Below, piece after piece: positions 28,451-35,791 of a stretch of DNA of 64,000 nucleotides. The notes under the pieces are model-generated. The model was not told where the DNA came from, ran no database searches, and saw only the letters and a program-made list of their open reading frames with translations. Source of the stretch: Dehalococcoidia bacterium (lineage in GTDB: Bacteria; Chloroflexota; Dehalococcoidia; Lucifugimonadales; UBA3495); contig OZ247426.1 of NCBI GenBank assembly GCA_965232835.1, forward strand, positions 3,996,974-4,060,973, read 5' to 3'. Within the stretch, counting starts at the first letter, position 1; the number at the start of each line of letters is the position of its first letter. The position numbers were made by a program, and so were the translations under genes.

Positions 28451-29084
28451 CGACCATCCGGTAATGAGGAGCGGCCTGAAGGATGTGCTTGAGGCCTCCG
28501 GTCGGTTCGAAGTGGTGGGAGAGGCTGAGGACGGAGAGCAGGCAGTTGCCATCGTCGAGGAACTGGAACCCGACGTGATAGTCATGGACGTGATCATGCC
28601 GCGAAAGGACGGCGTTGACGCCTGCCGCGAGATCATGGAACGACTGCCCGACGCAAAGGTCCTGATGCTGACGGCATCCACGGAGGAGGACGCGGTTATT
28701 GAATCGGTGGCCGCCGGGGCGACGGGTTACCTTCAGAAATACTCGCGCCCTGAGGAGCTGCTGCAGACCGTCCAGGATGTGGCCGAGGGACGCCTGCACA
28801 TGCCTGACGAGGCCGTGAAGGCGGTCTTCGCCATGGTCCGCGGCGACCACAGGCTGTCCACTCGCCAGGCGCCGGGGAAGCTGACGGCATTGGAACAGGA
28901 CATACTGACGCAGTTTGCCAGCGGCAGATCATACACCCAGATCGCCAGGGGAAGGGGCAACAGCGTCGTGACAGTTCGCAACACGATCTACCGGATACAG
29001 GACAAGCTGGGAGTGGAGTCCAAGCAGGCGATGGTGGTCTGGGCCGTGCGGCACGGCCTGCTGGAGGACACCTCCGCAGAATGA
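28413..29084 (+). CDS. NarL/LuxR-family response regulator
   Basis: ORF 28311..29084 trimmed to the ATG at 28413, after GGGAGGAAG. REC domain: RVMVVDDHPVMRSGL...DVIVMDVIMP...KVLMLT. LuxR HTH: LTALEQDILTQFASGRSYTQIARGRGNSVVTVRNTIYRIQDKLGV. Overlaps the kinase 3' end. Confidence 0.85.
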   Translation: MPSTQRLRVMVVDDHPVMRSGLKDVLEASGRFEVVGEAEDGEQAVAIVEELEPDVIVMDVIMPRKDGVDACREIMERLPDAKVLMLTASTEEDAVIESVAAGATGYLQKYSRPEELLQTVQDVAEGRLHMPDEAVKAVFAMVRGDHRLSTRQAPGKLTALEQDILTQFASGRSYTQIARGRGNSVVTVRNTIYRIQDKLGVESKQAMVVWAVRHGLLEDTSAE

Positions 29085-29099
29085 CGACCTAGCGGCAGT

Positions 29100-29211
29100 C
29101 CCGGATCAGGGTTTTTCGATTCCTCAGTCAGTCGATCAAGTCCATTCATGGTGAGCCTGTCGTGCCACGAGGGGATGAACAGGCATCCTTCGACAAGCTC
29201 AGGATGAGCGG
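29100..29211. repeat. dispersed repeat families A-like plus C (FDKLRMSG type)
   Basis: cccggatcagggtttttcgattcc (29100-29123). ccattcatggtgagcctgtcgtgccacgagg (29142-29172), which matches the 26819-26850 unit. ccttcgacaagctcaggatgagcggg (29186-29211). Confidence 0.5.
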
Positions 29212-29304
29212 GCACCAGTAAGCAGCGTGACACTACAATCGTCCGGACCCCTTGCTGTCAGAGGGAGCAGGATTGCCCTGAGCCCGCCGAAGAGGGCAGT
29301 CTCC

Positions 29305-30474
29305 CTACTTGCGGAGTCGGAGGTCGGTGTCCGGGTAGAAGGCAACCCAGGAGAACCAGAAGGAGATTGTGTGGGGCAGCGGTTCCAGTTGCCTACCCTT
29401 CAGTGGTCCACGCAACGCCAGCCCTCCCGGGCTCCACGTGCTGCCGGTCTCTCGGTCGAGGATCGCACCCGACTCCGGGTAAAAGGACAGCATCCTCTCG
29501 CCGACCCAGGGGCTGTAGACGGCAGCCGTGTCGACGGTCTCTGCTCCGCCCCGCCCGTCGCACGGTTGAGCGGAATAAAAGAGGACCACATCCCGGCCAT
29601 CCACCACATCGTTGACCACCTGCTGCTCGGCCAGTGCAGTAATGGGGTAGGCCACCGCTCCATCCAGATACAGGCCCACCACGCGGGCGTACGAGCCGAG
29701 GGTCTCGCTGGTGGGCCCGCCGGTCCACAGCGGCGGCTCCGTGGAGTGGTCAGCGGGGCACATCTTTATATCGTAGAAGCCTGCCTCGCTCTCCGAGAAC
29801 CCGGACTGCCGGGAAAGGACTCGGGCCGAGGGCATGTTCCGGCGCACATCCCGCCAAAAGAGGGTGCGGATCGGGAGAAATTCCAACTGCTCGCCGGCCA
29901 GGTCTCCCACAATGGCCTTGCCAGACAGCTGCTGCCACCACGACTCGGTCTGGTGGTCCCACATGATCAGGTTATCGTGCAGCAGCTTTCCGGAAACCCC
30001 GAACAGCAGGGCCTCCCCGGCAACCCGCCGGTCAAAGGCTATCACCGTATCGCACAGAGGACAGAAGGTCACCAGGACCGGGACCCCGGCGATCTGGTCG
30101 TTGGCCACCTCGTGGTACACCAGCAGCCGCAGGGGATACACATGGACCTCATCGTCCAGGGCCAGCACGCCGACCGGATCGTCATCGTCCAGCCAGGTTT
30201 CCGCCGACTCCACCGACTCGAACTGAGGCTGGTAGACGGGGGGTATGGCGTCCCGGTTGTTGCCGGGCCCCAGAATCTCCGGGTCCAGGATGTACCTGTC
30301 CCGGTTGGTGCGCCAAGTACCGCCCACCACCGGCGTTGGGAAATGCGGAGAGTGCTCGGCCTCTTCACGCGCGATGGGCGTGGGAGCGAACTGGCCCTGG
30401 TGCCCCGGCTGAGGCGAGGTGGCTTCCGGGGTTGCGGCAGTGCAGGCGATGGCCGCGACTACGGCGCCAGCCAT
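29305..30474 (-). CDS. DUF3179-family secreted protein
   Basis: 389 aa. PVLVTFCPLCDTVIAFDRRV...LFGVSGKLLHDNLIMWDHQTESWWQQLSGKAIVGDLAG are DUF3179 hallmarks. The N-terminus is signal-like. Confidence 0.7.
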   Translation of the reverse strand: MAGAVVAAIACTAATPEATSPQPGHQGQFAPTPIAREEAEHSPHFPTPVVGGTWRTNRDRYILDPEILGPGNNRDAIPPVYQPQFESVESAETWLDDDDPVGVLALDDEVHVYPLRLLVYHEVANDQIAGVPVLVTFCPLCDTVIAFDRRVAGEALLFGVSGKLLHDNLIMWDHQTESWWQQLSGKAIVGDLAGEQLEFLPIRTLFWRDVRRNMPSARVLSRQSGFSESEAGFYDIKMCPADHSTEPPLWTGGPTSETLGSYARVVGLYLDGAVAYPITALAEQQVVNDVVDGRDVVLFYSAQPCDGRGGAETVDTAAVYSPWVGERMLSFYPESGAILDRETGSTWSPGGLALRGPLKGRQLEPLPHTISFWFSWVAFYPDTDLRLRK

Positions 30475-30506
30475 GACCAGCCCCGGAATGCCGTCGAGAA
30501 TGTTGC

Positions 30507-31415
30507 TCAGCCAGTCCCCCGCAGTCGCGGGTCCAGCACGTCTCGCAGGGCGTCTCCAAGCAGGTTGAACCCGAACACCGCAATGCCCAGAAACAGGCTA
30601 GGGAATACGATCAGCCACCAATAATTCGACATCTCCGTCAGGCTCAACCCGGACAGCATGCCGCCCCAGGTTGGCACGTTCGGCGGTACGCCCACGCCGA
30701 GGAAGCTGAGAGAAGCCTCCACAAGAATGGCATAGCCCAAATTTATGGTGGCCAGAATTATGAAAAGGGCCAGGCAGTTGGGCACGATGTGGCGGATAAT
30801 GATTCGCGCGTCGCCGGCGCCCACCGCCCGGGCTGCCAGCACATAGTCCATCTCCTTGAGGGCCAGCGCCTGGGAGCGCACGGTCCGGATGGCACTGGGG
30901 GCCAAAACGGCGACCAGGGCAATGATGATATTGAACACCGACGAGCCAAGGGCCGCCATGAGGGCCAACGCCAGGATTATTCCCGGAAAGGCTATGAAAG
31001 CATCCACAAAACGCTGGATGATGAGATCGAATTTCCCCCCATAGTAGGCACTGATCGCGCCCATCAGGGAACCTGCGGTTATACCTATTGCTATGCTGAC
31101 GAAGCCGACGAACAGGGAGATGCGACCTCCGTAGAAGAGCCTGCTCAGGACATCCTGCCCCGCGAAATTTCCGCCCAAAGGCATGGTTGTTCCGGGGGAT
31201 GCAAATGAAAATTCGGCGTTGATCTGGTTGGGTTCAAAGGGTGATATGAGCGGAGCAAATATCGCAATCAGAATCAGGAGAAATACCATTGCGCCGCCGA
31301 CGGCTCCCGAGGGTTTTCTCCTGCAAAAATTAGCCAGCGCAAGCGCAAAGCCCTGCGTTGCCCGGATGCCTCTGACGATCGGGGGCACAGCTATCGCAGC
31401 TGGATCACTCGACAT
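30507..31415 (-). CDS. ABC transporter permease (DppC/OppC type)
   Basis: 302 aa. Multi-TM with the EAA-like loop SAIRTVRSQALALKEMDYVLAARAVGAGDARII. Confidence 0.85.
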   Translation of the reverse strand: MSSDPAAIAVPPIVRGIRATQGFALALANFCRRKPSGAVGGAMVFLLILIAIFAPLISPFEPNQINAEFSFASPGTTMPLGGNFAGQDVLSRLFYGGRISLFVGFVSIAIGITAGSLMGAISAYYGGKFDLIIQRFVDAFIAFPGIILALALMAALGSSVFNIIIALVAVLAPSAIRTVRSQALALKEMDYVLAARAVGAGDARIIIRHIVPNCLALFIILATINLGYAILVEASLSFLGVGVPPNVPTWGGMLSGLSLTEMSNYWWLIVFPSLFLGIAVFGFNLLGDALRDVLDPRLRGTG

Positions 31416-31448
31416 GACTCTACTCTTCCCGTTGGTCTGGAAAATCCA

Positions 31449-32408
31449 TTAACCGTAGCGGATTCTGGGGTTGAGCCAGCCGTAGGCCAGATCAACGATA
31501 AGATTCAGGACCAGTACCACGACTGCTATCAGCATGACTGTGGACTGAACGATGGGGTAATCCCTGATCAGGACGCTTCTCACCAACATCTCGCCGATGC
31601 CTGGAACCACGAAGATAACCTCAATAATCACCGCTCCACCAATCAGGCGGCTCAATTGGAAGCCAGCCACGGTTAGCACTGGCAAAAAGGCGTTCTTCAG
31701 GGCATGGCGGGCGATAACAATCAGTTCATGGAGGCCCTTGGACCGGGCGGTCCTGATGTAGTCCTCTCGCAGAACCTCCAGCATGGCGGAGCGGGTTACC
31801 CTGGTGGCAAAGGCCATGTTGAAGTAACCCAGCACCAGGGCCGGGAAGATCAACTGCTGCAAATTCGTCAGCGGGTCAGTCCAGAGCTGGGCATAGCCTA
31901 ATGGAGGGAGCCATTGGAAAAAGCGGGCGAGGACGAATATCGTCAGCAAGCCCACCACGAAGGGCGGTAACGCAATGCCCCCGACGGTGAATATTCTGGA
32001 CACACCATCAAACCAGCTGTCCTGCTTCACCGCTGACAGAACGCCCAGGGGCACGGCAACCACATAGGAGAGAATCAGGGCAAGCAGGGCCAGCTCTACG
32101 CTGAGGGGGAACCTGGTCTCCAGCATGTCGGACACCGGGACTCCGGTAAATTCAAAGGACTCGCCGAGGTCCCACGTGACCAGGCCCTGTATGAATTCCG
32201 CGTACTGTACGTGGAACTGCTTGTCGGTCCCCAGCCGCTCCCGCATCCTTTGAACGTCTTCCTCGGTATAGCTCCCCACGCCTCCCTGGCTGAGCAGCGC
32301 TATAGCCGGGTCCCCCGGAAGAAATCGCATGATGGCGAAAACCAGGAAGGAGACCAGTATCAGCGTGGGCACGAAGAGCGCAAGCCTCTGGAAGAAATAC
32401 GCGGTCAT
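31449..32408 (-). CDS. ABC transporter permease (DppB/OppB type)
   Basis: 319 aa. The N-terminus MTAYFFQRLALFVPTLILVSFLVFAIMRFLPGDP is classic, as is ...YIRTARSKGL. Confidence 0.85.
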   Translation of the reverse strand: MTAYFFQRLALFVPTLILVSFLVFAIMRFLPGDPAIALLSQGGVGSYTEEDVQRMRERLGTDKQFHVQYAEFIQGLVTWDLGESFEFTGVPVSDMLETRFPLSVELALLALILSYVVAVPLGVLSAVKQDSWFDGVSRIFTVGGIALPPFVVGLLTIFVLARFFQWLPPLGYAQLWTDPLTNLQQLIFPALVLGYFNMAFATRVTRSAMLEVLREDYIRTARSKGLHELIVIARHALKNAFLPVLTVAGFQLSRLIGGAVIIEVIFVVPGIGEMLVRSVLIRDYPIVQSTVMLIAVVVLVLNLIVDLAYGWLNPRIRYG

Positions 32409-32533
32409 GCTCGCTCCTGAGGAGTAGCTGGAAGTAAATTAGTACCAGCGGTCAAGATGGGCCCGCCGGGCCATTGGGGCTTGAGATCGTCGGGTCGAAA
32501 CCTTGATGCCGAACCTGGGTTGCTGACGACTAA

Positions 32534-32644
32534 GAAACTATCTCAAGTCGGGTGAGTAGCAGTACAGCGCAATAGCGGCACAGCGTCTTCACCCCCACCC
32601 TGACCCTCCCCCTTCAAGGGGGAGGGAACCCTTGAGATAGTTTC
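32534..32644. repeat. 111-bp MITE/REP-like element with perfect 14-bp terminal inverted repeats and a family B hairpin
   Basis: gaaactatctcaag (32534-32547) pairs with cttgagatagtttc (32631-32644). The internal sequence tcacccccaccctgaccctccccc-ttcaa-gggggaggg is nearly identical to 53177-53215. It lies in the SBP-permease spacer. Confidence 0.65.
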
Positions 32645-32668
32645 CATGTCCTGGAGGCGTGCCCGCGG

Positions 32669-34498
32669 TTACTGCTCCATCCAGACGTGTTCCTTCTGGT
32701 AGCCGTACTGGACGGTAAACGGCGCAGTGTTCATGTTCTTGACGTGGTTGAGATGGATCAATTGCTCCATCGGGTGCCAGAACATGGGGCGGCCGTGGCC
32801 CTCGCCCTGGCGGAGAATGTCCTCGGCGTCCTTGATAAGCGCACGCCGTGCCGCCTGGTCAGGCTCGCTCTTTTGTGTTTCAAAGATCTCACTGACCTGG
32901 GAGTCCTCGTACTTCAGTGCATTCCTTGGCCCGCCGGGCATGTATACGCCCAGGAACACGTCGTCCGGGTCAATGATGTTGGTTCCGTGGCCGAAGCCGA
33001 GCATGTGCTTGTAGTCCCCCGCCTGCTCAGCGTTGGCTGCCGTGGTGGTGTCCCTCGGCAGCAGGTTCAGCTCGACACCTATCTCCTTCATATTCTCCTT
33101 GAGGATAATGGCTTCCTCTTCGAATATGTCGGCGTACAGGTAGTCGAGGGTCAACCCGTCGGGGAACCCGGCCTCGGCCAGCAGGTCCCTGGCCATTTGC
33201 AGGTCTGCAGGGTCCTTGCTCAGGCCCGGCACGCCCACCGGGTCGCCTATGTACAGTTCGCCGCTCTCGTCAACGTACCGGAAACCGGGCCACTCGGATA
33301 TCTCCTCCGGTGTCGCCGACATCCAGGTATCCGGGAAGAAGGGTATACCCAGGCTGCCGTTGCCGAGGCGGTTTATTTCCACCTGCTCCTTGCTGTCAAA
33401 GCCCAGGTAGATCGCCCTCCTCACCCGGGGGTCGTCCACCGGAGGGTTGTTGAAGTTGAACTCGTAGTAGCGGAATACGTTTGTGACGGGAGTGTAAAGG
33501 ATCCTGCCTTTACCCTCGAGCGCACTTGCAAGGTCTTTCAACTGTGGTTCGGTCCAGGCAGCTCCGGGAGCCCAATCGACCTGCCCGACCTCCAGGGCTG
33601 CCGCGAGCCTGCTCTTGTCATTGATGACGAAGACCTTGACTCCGTCCAGGAAGGGCAACCCCTCCTTGAAATAGTTGGGATTCTTCTCTATCTCCATGCT
33701 GCTGCCCAGTTCCCTGGTCTTGAACATGAAGGCGCCCGAGCCCACCAGGTTATTGGGGTCGGCGAAGAAATCGGCCACGTCAGCCGGCTTGCCTTCCAGC
33801 ACATGCTTGGGGTGCATGACCATGAAGTCCACGGTCAGGAAGGGGAGCAGGGCCGCAGGGTTGGCAAACTTGGTGTTCACCTTCACTGTGTGGGTGTCTA
33901 TGGCCTCGGAGCTGGCGTAGTAAGGCTCGACGTTCCGGGTCCTTGGCCTCACCTGGTCCAGGTCCGTCATATTATCCAGGCTGTACACCGCATCTTCGGC
34001 GGTGACAGGCTCGCCATCGAACCACGTTGCATTCTGCGCGAGATGGAAGTTGATGCTCTTTCCATCCTCGGCCCATTCCCAACTCTCGGCCAGGTCACCG
34101 ACTATGGTGTTCTGGTCAGCGGGGTCGCGCATCACCAACAAGTTGTAGGGGTTTCGGGCTATGAATACCGACCTGTTGCAGCACCCGACCCAGGGGCTCC
34201 AGTGGTCGTTCTCGTAGATGTGACCCTCCCGAAGGATCCCACCGTACACCCCCTGGTCCACGAACCTTTTCCAGTACCCCTCCGAGCTGACCATTGCGGC
34301 ATCGGCAGTGGGTGCTGCTGCTGTGGTCGCGTCCGGTGCAGCGGTCGCTGCCGGCGCGGAAGTTGCTGCTGGCGCGGTGGTCGCCGCCGGCGCGGAATCG
34401 TCACCATCATCGCCACCACAGGCAACGATAATCATGAGCAGCAGGGCACACAGAAGCGGGAAAATCACCCTGATGCTTGACGGCAGATTCTTGTTCAT
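32669..34498 (-). CDS. ABC transporter substrate-binding lipoprotein, family 5 (peptide/nickel type)
   Basis: 609 aa. Lipobox IVAC|GG followed by an Ala/Thr/Pro linker. The length and motifs (EIEKNPNYFKEGLPFLDGVKV..., RRAIYLGFD) are typical of PF00496-type SBPs. Confidence 0.85.
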   Translation of the reverse strand: MNKNLPSSIRVIFPLLCALLLMIIVACGGDDGDDSAPAATTAPAATSAPAATAAPDATTAAAPTADAAMVSSEGYWKRFVDQGVYGGILREGHIYENDHWSPWVGCCNRSVFIARNPYNLLVMRDPADQNTIVGDLAESWEWAEDGKSINFHLAQNATWFDGEPVTAEDAVYSLDNMTDLDQVRPRTRNVEPYYASSEAIDTHTVKVNTKFANPAALLPFLTVDFMVMHPKHVLEGKPADVADFFADPNNLVGSGAFMFKTRELGSSMEIEKNPNYFKEGLPFLDGVKVFVINDKSRLAAALEVGQVDWAPGAAWTEPQLKDLASALEGKGRILYTPVTNVFRYYEFNFNNPPVDDPRVRRAIYLGFDSKEQVEINRLGNGSLGIPFFPDTWMSATPEEISEWPGFRYVDESGELYIGDPVGVPGLSKDPADLQMARDLLAEAGFPDGLTLDYLYADIFEEEAIILKENMKEIGVELNLLPRDTTTAANAEQAGDYKHMLGFGHGTNIIDPDDVFLGVYMPGGPRNALKYEDSQVSEIFETQKSEPDQAARRALIKDAEDILRQGEGHGRPMFWHPMEQLIHLNHVKNMNTAPFTVQYGYQKEHVWMEQ

Positions 34499-34615
34499 CG
34501 CAATGCCTCCACTAACGTTTATCCTACAATGGCTGGCCTGACGCCAAGTCTACTCGCCGGTAGCTGACCGCCGAAGGCCTGAAACGGCAATTTGCATCCA
34601 GAGGCCTACCTGCTG

Positions 34616-35040
34616 TCAGCCTTTTGTTCTTACGTGCTCTCTCTGGTGGTGCTTTCCTGACGCGGATGTCATCCACTGGGCGGTCTTGAGGTTGAATCCT
34701 TTGCGCCAAAAGACGATGCCTGGCCCTGCGTACCGGGCCATATTCATCCCTACAAGTGTGTCTGGCAAATTGTCAGGCCCCTCCGAGAGTAACCTCCACT
34801 GGTAATCAGGTCGGCCCGGCCTGTCCCCCAAGGCGATCGAGGTCCCACACTTGTCGGAATTGGTTGAGACCTTGATAGCGTCCAATAAGGGCAACCTCCT
34901 TGAGGAAATTAGGGTTCCTCTCCACCTCCGCAGTACTGAACTCCGACCCTATGGAAGTGACGGCGCCCGAGACCTCTGCGTTCTCGGCGTCGCCGTAGAT
35001 ATCGCTCCCGTCGCCTTGCTTACCTTCACCCTTTCTCAAG
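34616..35040 (-). pseudogene. truncated, frameshifted paralogue of the family-5 SBP
   Basis: Two minus-strand frames align to the intact SBP. GSEFSTAEVERNPNFLKE matches ELGSSMEIEKNPNYFKE. After a frame change, LPLLDAIKVSTNSDK...ALGDRPGRPDY matches LPFLDGVKVFVINDK...ALEVGQVDW. Confidence 0.55.
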
Positions 35041-35791
35041 GGTGCATAACCATTAGGTCGACGGTCATGAAGGGGGCAGCGCCCCGTGGTTAGGAGGAAC
35101 TTCGGCGCAGAACCAGAAGATGCCGACTGTAGCCTGTTGAATGAAGTCAGGCGGGCGCCGATCCTCCTGATCCTGAGATTCGTTGCATAATACTTACATT
35201 ACTTTTAGGTGTCAATCGAAAGATAACACTCGATGATAAGCAATCTTTGTGTCGTATTGTTGCCCGAATCGTGACGAATTACGTAGAGAGAAGGTTGGCC
35301 GTTAATTTCGTTGAAGAATATCGGCCAGCTGTGGTCCAAGCACTCAGCGGCGTGGTTTTGCGTTGATGCCCTGCGAGGGTGTCAAGTCAACTGGTACGCG
35401 CTATTGTCCATGCCGTGTGCTTACCCACCTTGGCTGTCGGATCCCGGTGGCGCCTTTTCCTCTCAGGGGCGGGCTGTCTGCCAAGCAATAGCGGCGCATA
35501 GTGTTTCGATGGATGCCCTGCTCACTACCTTACTGATGCGAAGTCACTCTCACGGCCATCAAGAGAAATGGGCGTCCAGCGAGACTTGGTAACCTCCGTG
35601 TCACGGCCGTGCACTAAGAACCATTGAGATCGCGTCTGTAGCGGTGAACATAGTGTCGCCTGGAGTTGAAACAATTTAGACACCTGGATGTTCCGATCTT
35701 TAAGTGTCGGCACCATCGCTCCGACTGCAGCATGGGCATCTGTCGGCGACGCCGAGGGCAACCCGATTGCTCGTAGTTGGCGCGTAGCAGC

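Noticed and set aside
29227-30624. 465-aa plus-strand ORF.
   Set aside because: It is antisense to the DUF3179 gene (FCPLC and WWQQLSG motifs on the minus strand). Its Arg/Gly/Pro-rich composition marks it as a shadow ORF.
32687-34480. 597-aa plus-strand ORF spanning nearly the whole SBP gene.
   Set aside because: It is antisense to a gene with clear family-5 SBP motifs and a lipobox. Its translation is Val/Gly/His/Arg-rich with no motifs. This is a typical shadow ORF of GC-rich DNA.
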